From a bacterium (GTDB lineage Bacteria > Elusimicrobiota > Elusimicrobia > UBA1565 > UBA9628): 64,000 nucleotides of DNA. The notes under the pieces were generated by a model, which had not been told where the DNA came from, did not search any database, and saw only the letters and a program-made list of their open reading frames with translations. Shown here piece by piece: positions 23,786 through 32,871 of this stretch. The DNA lies in contig JAJZAK010000007.1 in assembly GCA_021799485.1 (NCBI GenBank), positions 13,472 to 77,471 of the forward strand, given 5' to 3'. Position numbers and translations under genes: made by a program. The stretch's first letter is position 1. Each line of letters begins with the position of its first letter.

Positions 23786-25321
23786 ACTGGCTTGGCCCGC
23801 GAACCAGGCCTTCGCCGCGGCCATGCCCTGGACCATCTCATCGAGCTTGAGGGCGTGCGCCGTCGCGGCGAGAGCGAGGCCTCCGCTCGCGACGGCCAAG
23901 GCGAGGCGCTCCCACGGAGTCCCGGCCGGGCAGGATCGGTAGGCGGCCTCGGCCGCCAAGGCCATGGCGGCCGTCGGGGGCAGATAGGGAAGAGCGGCTT
24001 TTCCCACCAGGCGCAGGCTCAGCCAGGGATGGCTCTTCTTGAGGAGATGGATCTGAACCGCAAACGAGAGCGCCGTGGTCAGCGTCGTGGATAAGGCGAT
24101 GCCCGCGATCGGCGGATCCCAGAGCCGCATCAAAACCAAGTCGAGAAGCGCGTTGATCGCGACGCCGGCGACGCTGACCGTCAGGATCAGCCAAGTATCC
24201 TTTCGGATCATGATGAGCCTCGCAAGAAGATAAAGGGGCACGATCAGGGGGAGCGAGACGGCCGATGCCGACAGGGTCCTGGCGACGAGCCGGGTCGCCA
24301 TCGGATCGAAATGTCCCCGTTGGAAGAGGATGACGATGGCCGAGCCCGAATAACGAAGGAGGAAATACGTCGCGGGCAGGAGAAGAGCGAAGCTCAGGCG
24401 GCAGGATTTTTCAAAATCCTCCTTGAGGGCGTTTTCGTCCGCGTGCGCGACCCTGGTCGCCAGGACGGGATAGGCGACGGTGACGATGGGGATGCAGAGG
24501 ACCATATAGGGCACGGTGAAAAGCTTGAGGGCATATCCCAGCGCGGCCACCGACCCGGCCGGCAGCAGGGAGGCCATGAAGCGGTCGGTGACATTATTGA
24601 ATTCTCCCATCCCCGAGGTCGCCATGATGGCGGCCAAAAACGGCACGACGGCCCGCAGTTCCGGGTCGCGCCAGTGGAGCGCGCGACCTCGCAGGGGAAG
24701 AGCGAGGGCCTTTCGGGAGCGCAGGAGAAGCCAGGCGGCCTGAAGAATCGTGCCGGCGAGAAGCCCTGCCGCCAGACACACGGCTCCGCGGCGATGGAAC
24801 GCCGCGATCGCGGCAAGGGTCGCCAGGGTCACGATCGAACCGGAAAGAGACGGTCCCGCGAAGGTGCCGTCCGCGTTGAACATGCCGATGAGCACGTTGG
24901 CGAGGCCGCTCGCTGCGGCGGCCCAGGCCATGATCCGTTCGAACTGGGCCGCTCGAACCAGGACTGATGGCGGCAAGCCCGGAAAGAAAATCCTCATCAG
25001 AGGCGCGGCGCCGAGAGCCATGCCGGCGGAGAGCGCCGTGAGGCCGAGACACGAATCTCTCAGGACAAGACGCATCAGACCCGCCGCCCGCTCCGGGCGG
25101 TGGATCCTCCATTCGACGTAGACGGGGACCATGACCGCGGTCACCGCGAAGCCCAAGAGCGAGATGACGAGATTGGGCAGGGTCAGCGCGGCGTAATAAG
25201 CGTCCATTTCGGGGCCGGTGCCATAGAGCCATGCGACGACCGCTTCCTTACCAAACGATAGGGCGTAGCCCGCCGTCGTGGCGGCCATGAGCGCGACGGC
25301 GGAGCGGCGGAGGCTGATCAC
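23777..25321 (-). CDS. murJ: MurJ/MviN-family (MOP superfamily) flippase
   Basis: Polytopic protein with a MurJ-like N-terminal block (LYGTGPEMDAYYAALTLPNLV). The start was set at GTG 25321, which forms a GTGA overlap with the O-methyltransferase stop. The Arg-rich upstream extension was rejected. Whether it handles lipid II or another glycolipid is unknown. Confidence 0.7.
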   Translation of the reverse strand: MISLRRSAVALMAATTAGYALSFGKEAVVAWLYGTGPEMDAYYAALTLPNLVISLLGFAVTAVMVPVYVEWRIHRPERAAGLMRLVLRDSCLGLTALSAGMALGAAPLMRIFFPGLPPSVLVRAAQFERIMAWAAAASGLANVLIGMFNADGTFAGPSLSGSIVTLATLAAIAAFHRRGAVCLAAGLLAGTILQAAWLLLRSRKALALPLRGRALHWRDPELRAVVPFLAAIMATSGMGEFNNVTDRFMASLLPAGSVAALGYALKLFTVPYMVLCIPIVTVAYPVLATRVAHADENALKEDFEKSCRLSFALLLPATYFLLRYSGSAIVILFQRGHFDPMATRLVARTLSASAVSLPLIVPLYLLARLIMIRKDTWLILTVSVAGVAINALLDLVLMRLWDPPIAGIALSTTLTTALSFAVQIHLLKKSHPWLSLRLVGKAALPYLPPTAAMALAAEAAYRSCPAGTPWERLALAVASGGLALAATAHALKLDEMVQGMAAAKAWFAGQASSV

Positions 25322-26004
25322 CGGCGCCAGCCGACGGCCATTCCTTCCGGAGTCGGAATCATGGCCGAGGCCGCGAAATAACGGGGGTCGGACAGCATTT
25401 TGAGAAAACGCCGCATCGCCGTCACGCCGGCGGCATCCTCTCCGGCTGCCGCGGGCGAAAGGTGCAGCTTGCCGAAAAGGTAGGCGTTGTCTCCCACGAC
25501 GAGGCCGCCGGGGCGCACGTTCTTGACGGCCCACGCGAGATACTTCGCGTAGTTGGCTTTATCGGCGTCGATGAAGCAGAAATCGTAAGGGCCCAGTTTC
25601 GAGAGTCCGGGCAGAACTTGGAGGGCCGGTCCCTCGTGGATTACGACCTTTTTTAAAAGGCCGGCGCGCCGGAGGCTTGCCCGCGCGACCGCGGCATGGA
25701 CGGGAGAGATTTCCAATGTATCCAGGATCCCGTTCCTCGGAAGAGCCCGGGCGATCCACGCGGCGGAGTAGCCTCCCAGGGTCCCGATCTCGACCGCCCT
25801 GCGGATGCCCAAGGCTTTCACGAAGAATTCGAGGATTTTCCCCTCCTCGGGCCCGATGGCGATCGAAGGAAGACCCTGCCTCGCGCTTTCCGCGCGGATG
25901 GCCCGAAGCCGCGGACCCTCGCCTCCCATGATTCCGTCGACCATGCGGAAGAGGCCCGGCGGGCGTCCCAACGATTCCGCGATCGAACGGTGCCCGTGGT
26001 TCAT
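25318..26004 (-). CDS. O-methyltransferase (caffeoyl-CoA OMT-like, class I SAM-dependent)
   Basis: It has RAVEIGTLGGYSAAWIA, LEISPVHAAVAR, FCFIDADKANY and GGLVVGDN. Confidence 0.8.
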   Translation of the reverse strand: MNHGHRSIAESLGRPPGLFRMVDGIMGGEGPRLRAIRAESARQGLPSIAIGPEEGKILEFFVKALGIRRAVEIGTLGGYSAAWIARALPRNGILDTLEISPVHAAVARASLRRAGLLKKVVIHEGPALQVLPGLSKLGPYDFCFIDADKANYAKYLAWAVKNVRPGGLVVGDNAYLFGKLHLSPAAAGEDAAGVTAMRRFLKMLSDPRYFAASAMIPTPEGMAVGWRR

Positions 26005-26426
26005 GGATGGCCGGGAGGCGGCGGGAGGAGGACCTTGGCGACGAGGGCCGCGAGCTTGTCCGGTTCGATGGGCTTCGTCATGTAGCCGTTGGCGCCCCAG
26101 GCGATCGCCTTTTCCATGTCCTTGAGCCGGTCGAGAGCCGTGAGCATGTAGACCGGGATGGCGGCGGTCTTGGGGTCCTTCTTGATCAAGGAACAGGCGT
26201 CGAGGCCGTCGAGTCCCGGCATCTGGACGTCGAGCAGGATGAGCCCCGGCAGGAGGTCCTTCGCCTTTTTAACGGCCCCGGCTCCATCCTCGGCGTTGAC
26301 GATCTCAATTGGGAACTCCTCCAGGATCGCCCGGACGAGGGCGATGTTGACGTCCTCATCGTCCGCATGGAGGAGCAGCGGTTTTTGGCGCTTGGAGCCT
26401 TTCCATTTGAAGGGATTGAGGTTCAT
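26001..26426 (-). CDS. Single-domain response regulator (CheY-like receiver)
   Basis: It has LLLHADDEDV, the phospho-acceptor context LILLDVQMPGLDG, and YMLTA..K. Confidence 0.85.
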   Translation of the reverse strand: MNLNPFKWKGSKRQKPLLLHADDEDVNIALVRAILEEFPIEIVNAEDGAGAVKKAKDLLPGLILLDVQMPGLDGLDACSLIKKDPKTAAIPVYMLTALDRLKDMEKAIAWGANGYMTKPIEPDKLAALVAKVLLPPPPGHP

Positions 26427-28273
26427 CGGTATCCTTGGGCCTGAAGCTCGAAGAGATCGGCGTAGATTCCGCGGCGGGCAAGGAGTTCGTCATGGGAGCC
26501 GAGTTCCGCCAAGCGCCCGCCGCTGAGCACCGCGATGCGGTCCGCGGAGCGCACGGTGCTGAAGCGGTGGCTCACGAGGATCGCGATCTTGAGCCGGGTG
26601 ATCTCCCGGAAGCGTTTGAAAATCTCGTACTCCGCCTCCGCGTCAAGGGAGGCCGTGGGCTCGTCGAGGACGAGGATCTCGCCCCGGCTCATGAAGGAGC
26701 GCGCGATGGCGATCTTCTGCCATTGGCCGCCGGAGAGCTCGACGCCGGCGTCGAACCAGCGGCCCAGGACGCTGTCGTAGCCCTTGGGGAGGGACCGCGC
26801 GAAAGCGGCCGCCCCGGACTCCTTGGCGGCTTCCTCAATGCGTGAGGAGTCCGCCAAGTCTTCAATGGAACCGAAACCGATGTTCTCGCGCAGGGTCATG
26901 TGGTAGCGTACGAAGTCCTGGAAGATGGCGCCGATGCGGCGGTGGATCTCTTGGGGCGGAAAATACTTCAAGTTGACGCCGCGGTAGTAGATCTCCCCCC
27001 TCGTCGGCTCATAGAGGCGGGTGAGGAGCTTGATGAGGGTGGTCTTGCCGGATCCGTTTTGGCCCACGAGCGCGAGCTTTTCCGCGGGACGGATGGAGAG
27101 GGAGAAGTCCTGAAGCGCCCATTCCGAGCTTCCGGGGTAGCGAAACCAGACATTCTTGAACTCGATGCCCCGGTGGGGATCTTCCGCGGGGCGGGTGCTG
27201 GAGTCGAGAACCTCGACTCTCGACTCGAGATTCAAAAAGTCGAAGAGGTCGTTGAGAAAGAGGCCGTTCTCGTAGAAGCTTCCCAGGTTGTCGAGCATCC
27301 CGTTGAAGGCGCCCTGGCTTTGGCTAAAGAGCGTCGTGTAAAGCGTCATCCTGCCAAGCGAGATGCGCCCCAGCACGGTCTCGTAGATGGAATAGGCGTA
27401 GGCCGCGAAATAGGAGAGGGTCGATAGGATGCCCCAGCCCAAGGACTTCGCCGAGCGGCTTTTCGCGAGGTCGGAGTCCTCGCGGAAGGTCTTCCAGAAT
27501 AGGCCGTCGTGGCGCTTCAGCAGCGGCTCGCCCAGGCCGAAGAGCTTCACTTCCTTGACCGAGCTGTCCTGCGTGAGGAGCTGCTCCAAATAGGCCATGC
27601 TGCGGGTCTCGGGAGCGCGCCACGTCTCCAGGCGGAAGCTCAGGCTGCTGTAGCGGCACTGAATGAGGAAGGCCGGGATTCCGGCCGTGAAGAGAAGAAG
27701 GGCCACCCAGGGGCTGAAGGCGACGAGCACGACAAGAAAGGAAAGAAGGCTCAGGGCGTTTTGGACGAGGAGAAATCCGTGGGTGACGATCGCGTGGGCG
27801 CGAAATTCAGATTGGCGGCGGACGATTTGCATTTTGTCGTAGAAGGAAGGATCCTCGAACCAGCGCGCCTCGAGGGAGATCGCCTTTCCGATAACGCGGA
27901 CGGTGATGAGCCGGCCCAGCTTAAGCGAGATAAAGCGGTCCGTCAGGGAGCGCAACTGGCCCGTGAGAGAGCCCGTCATGATGAGCCCGAATTGGAAAAA
28001 GAGGTAGGGCGCCACCTGCCTGAGACCCTCCATCGGCGCCGCGTGCGAGCGCCACGCCCTGAGGACCCCGTCGACGATGAGCCGGGTCGCCCAGGCCTGC
28101 GAGACGGGCAGGGCCGAGCTTGCGAGCACGATCGCTCCCATTCCCATGGCGCTCCAGCGGTCCGCCTCCCAAAGAAGACGGAAGGCCTTGGGGACGTTTC
28201 TGAGGGCGTCGGAGAATTCGGAGAGTTTCTCGCGCCAGGTCTTGGCGGAACGGGTTTGTTCGGCGATGCTCAC
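26423..28273 (-). CDS. ABC transporter permease/ATP-binding fusion (MsbA-like exporter)
   Basis: The N-terminal half has six hydrophobic segments. It has Walker A GQNGSGKTT, signature LSGGQWQK and Walker B ILVLDEPTA. It starts with GTG. Confidence 0.9.
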   Translation of the reverse strand: MSIAEQTRSAKTWREKLSEFSDALRNVPKAFRLLWEADRWSAMGMGAIVLASSALPVSQAWATRLIVDGVLRAWRSHAAPMEGLRQVAPYLFFQFGLIMTGSLTGQLRSLTDRFISLKLGRLITVRVIGKAISLEARWFEDPSFYDKMQIVRRQSEFRAHAIVTHGFLLVQNALSLLSFLVVLVAFSPWVALLLFTAGIPAFLIQCRYSSLSFRLETWRAPETRSMAYLEQLLTQDSSVKEVKLFGLGEPLLKRHDGLFWKTFREDSDLAKSRSAKSLGWGILSTLSYFAAYAYSIYETVLGRISLGRMTLYTTLFSQSQGAFNGMLDNLGSFYENGLFLNDLFDFLNLESRVEVLDSSTRPAEDPHRGIEFKNVWFRYPGSSEWALQDFSLSIRPAEKLALVGQNGSGKTTLIKLLTRLYEPTRGEIYYRGVNLKYFPPQEIHRRIGAIFQDFVRYHMTLRENIGFGSIEDLADSSRIEEAAKESGAAAFARSLPKGYDSVLGRWFDAGVELSGGQWQKIAIARSFMSRGEILVLDEPTASLDAEAEYEIFKRFREITRLKIAILVSHRFSTVRSADRIAVLSGGRLAELGSHDELLARRGIYADLFELQAQGYR

Positions 28274-28343
28274 GATGGCGTCGACGGGGCCGAGCGGGAC
28301 ATTCTTTCAACATTAAGGATACTAAATCTCCTCCGCAGAGGCG

Positions 28344-28372
28344 TTGACGGAGGGATGTTCCGGACTTATACT
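28344..28372 (+). promoter_or_regulatory. Sigma70-like promoter TTGACG-N17-TATACT upstream of the EEP gene
   Basis: TTGACG is at 28344-28349, followed by a 17-nt spacer and TATACT at 28367-28372, 42 nt upstream of ATG 28415. The call is from consensus matching only. Confidence 0.5.
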
Positions 28373-28414
28373 TCTTTAAGGCGAGCGAAAAGATTGCCCT
28401 TATCCCGATCGGCC

Positions 28415-29146
28415 ATGCAGATGCGGTTTCTGACTTACAATATCCATAAATGCGTCGGCGGTCTTGATCGTCGCTGCGATCCCTGGAGGGTCGCGGACGC
28501 CATCGCCGGTTTTCATCCTGATATCATCCTGCTCCAAGAGGTGGCGGAGCCCTCTGTCGCAGGGCAATTCTCTCGGCAAGTCGGCATTCTGAGCGAGCGT
28601 CTCGGCTGTCGTTACAGCCATTTCGTTCCCCATACTCAGAAATGGAACGGCAGCCGCTACGGCAACGCGATCCTGAGCCGACATCCGATCGTCGACGCGG
28701 GGCTCATCGACTTGACGATTCCGCTCAAAAAGCGCCGAGCGGCGATTCATGCCCGCCTGCGAATCCGCTCGGCCCGCGGGCGTTCGCGCACCATCCATGT
28801 CTACAATCTCCACCTGGGGCTTTCCGGTTTTGAGCGGCGGCTTCAACTGCGGCGGTTTTTGAAAAGCTGGCCGCTTTCGAGGCTGGATCGTCGCGCTCCC
28901 GTCGTTGTCGGGGGCGACTTCAATGATCTTTGGGGAAGCCTGGGGCGCCGGGTTCTCGCAAAGGAGGGCTTCCGCAGCCCCGGAGGCCGGCTCTCGACGT
29001 TCCCCGCCTTTGCGCCGATGGGCGCCTTGGACGCGTTTTATTGGCGCGGCGATGTCGTCTTGTCCCGACTCGTGCGGGGGTGGGACCCATCGGTCCGCGA
29101 TGCCTCCGACCACCTGCCTCTGATCGCCGACATCCGCTTCGCCTAG
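28415..29146 (+). CDS. Endonuclease/exonuclease/phosphatase (EEP) family protein
   Basis: It has FLTYNIHKC, DIILLQEV, VVVGGDFND and DASDHLPLIADI. The start was set at ATG 28415; the upstream 300 codons of the track ORF are antisense to the ABC gene. Confidence 0.85.
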   Translation: MQMRFLTYNIHKCVGGLDRRCDPWRVADAIAGFHPDIILLQEVAEPSVAGQFSRQVGILSERLGCRYSHFVPHTQKWNGSRYGNAILSRHPIVDAGLIDLTIPLKKRRAAIHARLRIRSARGRSRTIHVYNLHLGLSGFERRLQLRRFLKSWPLSRLDRRAPVVVGGDFNDLWGSLGRRVLAKEGFRSPGGRLSTFPAFAPMGALDAFYWRGDVVLSRLVRGWDPSVRDASDHLPLIADIRFA

Positions 29147-29152
29147 GGCGCC

Positions 29153-30250
29153 CTAAGCCCTTGGAAGCGTGAAGTGAAAATGGGAGCCTTTGCCGGGATC
29201 GCTTTCAAACCACAGGCGTCCGCCATTGCGCTCGACCGCGCGCTTGGTGATGGAGAGTCCGAGCCCCGTCCCCGAGATTTTCTTGGAGGTCGCGTAGCGG
29301 GTGCGGTGGAAGGGCGTGAAAATGAGCGGCGTTTCATCCTTGGCGATTCCGACTCCCGTATCGGACACCGTGACTTCCACCGCGCCGTCCGACTCCTGGG
29401 CGGTGATTCGGACGCTTCCCCCCGTCTTGTTGTACTTGATGGCGTTCTCCGTCAGGTTATGTAGGATTTCGATGAGATGATCGGGATCGGCCCAAACCCT
29501 CATCTTGTCGAAGCCATCCGCCGAAAGGGATATCTTGGCGGCCGCCGCCTTGGAGGCGAAGTCGTCGAGCATCTGGCGAACGATGGTCCCCAGTTCGAGA
29601 GCCTGCGGATTGGCGCCGAGGCCCCCTGATTCAAGGGTCGCGACGGCGAGCATCTCTTCCACCAGCCTGGCGAGATGCTCCGTCTGGCGTTCGATCGCGG
29701 CGATGAAGCGCTCCCTTGTTGGCGGGTCTGACAAGCCGCCGCGGCGCAAGGATTCCAGCGACGCCTTGATCGCCGTCAAGGGAGTCCGAAGTTCGTGGGA
29801 GACGTTGGCGACGAATTCCCTCTGCAGGGCCTCCCGCTGGCGCAGGTTGGCGGCCTCATCGGCCGCCCGTTGGCGCTCGATGGCGTAACGGACGGCCCGA
29901 ATGATGAGGCCGGCATCGAGCTTGTCCTTGACGAGGTAATCCTGGGCGCCTTCCTGAACGGCGTCGACCCCAAGGGCTTCGTCGTGAAATCCCGTGAGGA
30001 CAAGGAAGGGGATCGACCCGAAGCCCAGGCGGGCGCGCCTCACCGTCTTGAGCCCCTCGGCATCCGGCAGGGTGAGGTCGAGAAGAACGACGTCGGGGCG
30101 TGTTTTCGTCGCGGCCGTCAGCGCCGAGGAGAGGCGGTCGACGCGCTCGATCTCGAACTGGACGTCGTGGGCGCGATCAAGGATCGCCGCGAGATACTCC
30201 GCGTCCTCCGGGTCATCCTCGACGAGAAGAATGCGAATCGGGGCGGTCAT
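29153..30250 (-). CDS. Hybrid response regulator-histidine kinase (REC-HisKA-HATPase)
   Basis: It has a receiver (ILLVEDDPEDAEY..VVLLDLTLPD), an H-box VSHELRTPLTAI, a G1 box SDTGVGI and a G2 box GTGLGLSI. Confidence 0.9.
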   Translation of the reverse strand: MTAPIRILLVEDDPEDAEYLAAILDRAHDVQFEIERVDRLSSALTAATKTRPDVVLLDLTLPDAEGLKTVRRARLGFGSIPFLVLTGFHDEALGVDAVQEGAQDYLVKDKLDAGLIIRAVRYAIERQRAADEAANLRQREALQREFVANVSHELRTPLTAIKASLESLRRGGLSDPPTRERFIAAIERQTEHLARLVEEMLAVATLESGGLGANPQALELGTIVRQMLDDFASKAAAAKISLSADGFDKMRVWADPDHLIEILHNLTENAIKYNKTGGSVRITAQESDGAVEVTVSDTGVGIAKDETPLIFTPFHRTRYATSKKISGTGLGLSITKRAVERNGGRLWFESDPGKGSHFHFTLPRA

Positions 30251-31416
30251 CAGGAAGGGAGGGCCAAGGTGAAGTAGAAGGTGGTCCCGCTCGCCGGCTT
30301 GGATTCGACCCAGATGCTGCCCCCGTGGCGCTCGACGATCTTCCTGCAGAGGGCCAGGCCTAATCCGGCCCCGGGGTATTCGTGGCGGGGATGAAGCCTC
30401 TTGAAAATCCGAAAAAGCCTGTCTTTTTGATCGGGGTCGATGCCGATGCCGTTGTCCTGCAAGCGAAACGTCGCTCTCGATCCGTCGGCCTGGCAGGCCA
30501 GGTGAACGCGCGGCGGACTCTCCGAGCGGAATTTGATGGCGTTCGACAGGAGATTCCTCAAGAGTTGGCGCATGAGCACCGGATCGGCCGCGACCTCGGG
30601 GAGCTCGTCTCGAGTCGCGTGTCCCGAGGCATCGGCGAGGATCGGGCGAAAATCGTCGACGATCTCATCGAAAATCTCCCCCATCGGGGAGATCCGCTGG
30701 TTCGTGGATAAGGAGTCCTGGCGAGCGAGGCGGGCGTAGCGGAAAAGGCCGTCGATCATGCTCTGCAGGCGCTCGGCTCCGTTCTTGATGCGGTCGAGAT
30801 AATGCCGGGATTGCGCGTCGAGGTTGCGGCCGGATCGGTCATCCAAAAGCTCCGCGAAGTTTGAAATCTTGCGCAGGGGCTCCTGAAGATCGTGGGAGGC
30901 CGCGTAGGCGAACTCCTCCAAATCCTTGTTGGAGCGCTCAAGTTCCCCCGCCATGGAGGCAAGCTGCCGCCTGAACCGCCTGTATTCCGTGACGTCCCGG
31001 GCAAGAACAAGCCGCGCCGATGGGCGGCCCTCGTGCGGGACGGCATGCTCGGCGATCCATAATTCGCGAATGGCCCCGTCCTTGCGCCGGTAAAGCCGCA
31101 TCGAGCCCGCGTCGGGGTCTGGATGGAGGAGTTGAAGAAACTCGCCATGGGGCTCCGCGGCGAGTTCGTCGATCGTCATGCGCAGGAGCTCCGCGCGCCT
31201 ATAGCCGAAAAGCTCGACGCACGCGTCATTGGCGTCAAGAAGGACGCGGCTCTCCGCGTCGTAGATCCATATGGGAACGGGATTCGTCATGAAAAGGAGG
31301 GCGCGCTCCTGTCGCGATCGGCGCCGCAAGGCTGCGCGGGCACGCCAACGTTCCGTCGCCAGCAAGGCAAGAAGGACATAGGGGACGGCGACGGCGCAAG
31401 CGAGGGAAGGGTTCAT
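30250..31416 (-). CDS. PAS-domain sensor histidine kinase
   Basis: It has a TM segment (ACAVAVPYVLLALLA), a PAS-like region (NPVPIWIYDAESRVLLDANDA), an H-box ASHDLQEPLRKI, then QDNGIGI and GAGLGLALC. The start was set at the internal ATG 31416. Confidence 0.85.
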   Translation of the reverse strand: MNPSLACAVAVPYVLLALLATERWRARAALRRRSRQERALLFMTNPVPIWIYDAESRVLLDANDACVELFGYRRAELLRMTIDELAAEPHGEFLQLLHPDPDAGSMRLYRRKDGAIRELWIAEHAVPHEGRPSARLVLARDVTEYRRFRRQLASMAGELERSNKDLEEFAYAASHDLQEPLRKISNFAELLDDRSGRNLDAQSRHYLDRIKNGAERLQSMIDGLFRYARLARQDSLSTNQRISPMGEIFDEIVDDFRPILADASGHATRDELPEVAADPVLMRQLLRNLLSNAIKFRSESPPRVHLACQADGSRATFRLQDNGIGIDPDQKDRLFRIFKRLHPRHEYPGAGLGLALCRKIVERHGGSIWVESKPASGTTFYFTLALPS

Positions 31417-31451
31417 CGGGTTCCGTCCGGGACGATTCCCAATTGTAGCTC

Positions 31452-31934
31452 TTAGAACGCTTCGGTTAGCGTTCGTCTTCGGCCCCTGACGCAGGGGACC
31501 CAACGGCGGGCCACGAGCCGCGTCTCGCCCGCGGCATGGCAGCGGCTCATGGCGTTGGAGACGGCATCATGAAGAACGCGCATGCAGCGCCCCTGTCCAG
31601 CGGCTTCCTCCGCCGCGCATTCCCCGCCGACCTCGACAACAAGCTCCATCCCCGCCGCGCGGTGGCTCGATATGTCGCGCAGAAGGAGACGGGCGCTGGA
31701 ATGGCGGCGGCTAAACAGGAGATCGGCGATCTCATGAACCAGAAGCTTGATGCTCCAGCATTCCTCAGGGGGAAGGCCCAGGGATCGGCAGAACCTGGAA
31801 ACGGAAATTTGCGCTTCCGCGATGTCAAGAACATGCCGGAGGCCCAAGACCACGGTTTCTCGCTTCCTTAGGGGAAATGCAGGCATGGGCATCGCGGGGC
31901 GACTCGAAAGGATCGATGGATTCATCGCGAACAT
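31452..31934 (-). CDS. Hypothetical 160-aa protein (possibly a degenerate GHKL/anti-sigma-kinase-like fold)
   Basis: An SD GGAGG lies 4 nt before ATG 31934. The pattern ..LLVHEIADLLFSR..MELVVEVGGE loosely resembles RsbW-type N- and G1-boxes but lacks the Asn. It is co-oriented with the downstream kinases. The 355-aa track ORF is an artefactual extension. Confidence 0.45.
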   Translation of the reverse strand: MFAMNPSILSSRPAMPMPAFPLRKRETVVLGLRHVLDIAEAQISVSRFCRSLGLPPEECWSIKLLVHEIADLLFSRRHSSARLLLRDISSHRAAGMELVVEVGGECAAEEAAGQGRCMRVLHDAVSNAMSRCHAAGETRLVARRWVPCVRGRRRTLTEAF

Positions 31935-32004
31935 TTGACCTCCGAGGGCGGGCCGGAAAAACTCGCGCGCCGTTTTCCGGACCCGCCCGGCCGTGCCGAC
32001 GACA

Positions 32005-32277
32005 TCAACGGCTCGTAAGGGCTTCCTTGCCGGAATCCCTGTACGAGCGCCGCTCCAATCCGGAGTGGCTCTCAGCGGGTTCCTTCCGGAAGCTGTTGAT
32101 GGCTTCCTTTCCCTGCTCCCTCTTCTCTCTGAGCCAGCGGGAGAAGTTGCGGCGGTTCTCCTCTCCTGACGCCGGCGCGTAGAGCATGCCCAGGGCGACG
32201 CCCACCACGGTTCCAACAAGGAACGCCGGCCAGACGCTGCTCCGGCCCTCCGTGCCTCGCACATCCTCGATTTCCAT
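32005..32277 (-). CDS. YtxH domain-containing small membrane-anchored protein
   Basis: A strong SD (GAGGAGG) precedes ATG 32277. It has a TM segment and the YtxH-like motif (FLVGTVVGVALGMLYAPASGEENRRNF). Confidence 0.65.
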   Translation of the reverse strand: MEIEDVRGTEGRSSVWPAFLVGTVVGVALGMLYAPASGEENRRNFSRWLREKREQGKEAINSFRKEPAESHSGLERRSYRDSGKEALTSR

Positions 32278-32368
32278 AAGCTTCCTCCTCGGATAAGAAT
32301 TCCTTCCAGGGCTTCCGCGGCGCCGGCTCCGTGCGGCCAACGCCGGACGCCGCGGAAGCGAAGGGGTT

Positions 32369-32794
32369 TTAGGCGGCCACGTGCGTTTTCTCCGCGTACT
32401 TGCCGAGCGCCGTCTGGGCTTTGTCGACCTGGTCGACGGCGAGAACGAGCTTGGCGTTCCCGGCCGCATGCGTCGTGCCGTAGAGGCTCTCGATATTGAT
32501 GTCCTCGTCGGCCAGGCATTTGGCCAGTCCGGAAATCTCCCCGGGATGGTTGGGGAGGTCCAGCAGGAATGCCGGCCTCTCGAAGACCTTGAAACCGGCG
32601 CTCTCAAGGGCTCGACGGACGGGCTTGGTGTCCTTCTCGGCGAGGAAGGTGACGACCGAGATATCGGAATATCTTTCGGCCATGAGCCCGGCCACGTTGA
32701 TTTGCTCCTCGCTCAAGACCTTCGTGAGGCGCGAGATCGAGGCGACGTCGTTGGGCATCGGCACGCAATACTGGGTCACTTTTTGTCGGATCAT
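32369..32794 (-). CDS. ACT domain-containing protein (tandem paralogue 2)
   Basis: An SD AAGGAG precedes ATG 32794. The protein has two beta-alpha-beta-beta-alpha-beta-like halves (VTQYCVPMPNDVASISRLTKVLSEEQINVAGL.. and FLLDLPNHPGEISGLAKCLADEDINIESLYG). It is clearly similar to the adjacent 32872-33288 product. Confidence 0.7.
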   Translation of the reverse strand: MIRQKVTQYCVPMPNDVASISRLTKVLSEEQINVAGLMAERYSDISVVTFLAEKDTKPVRRALESAGFKVFERPAFLLDLPNHPGEISGLAKCLADEDINIESLYGTTHAAGNAKLVLAVDQVDKAQTALGKYAEKTHVAA

Positions 32795-32871
32795 GGTCTT
32801 CTCCTTGTGTTTGGCTCCTTGTCTGGAATGTTGAAAACCTCGCGTTTCGCCTCTGGGCGATGGATCGCTCT

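Noticed and set aside
23777-25534. Full-length 585-aa version of the MurJ-like ORF
   Set aside because: The first ~70 codons are Arg-rich and overlap the O-methyltransferase gene. A GTG at 25321 gives a GTGA stop/start overlap and a normal MurJ-like N-terminus.
27509-28414. Upstream 300 codons of the 545-aa track ORF that ends as the EEP protein
   Set aside because: This part is antisense to the ABC exporter. The EEP homology begins at MQMRFLTYNIHKC (28415), which is preceded by a good TTGACG-N17-TATACT promoter.
31935-32519. N-terminal 195 codons of the 355-aa track ORF 31452-32519
   Set aside because: This part is Arg/Ser/Gly-rich. It overlaps the YtxH gene and part of the ACT gene, which are in other frames and have strong SDs. 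An internal ATG at 31934 with a GGAGG SD gives a compact 160-aa protein.
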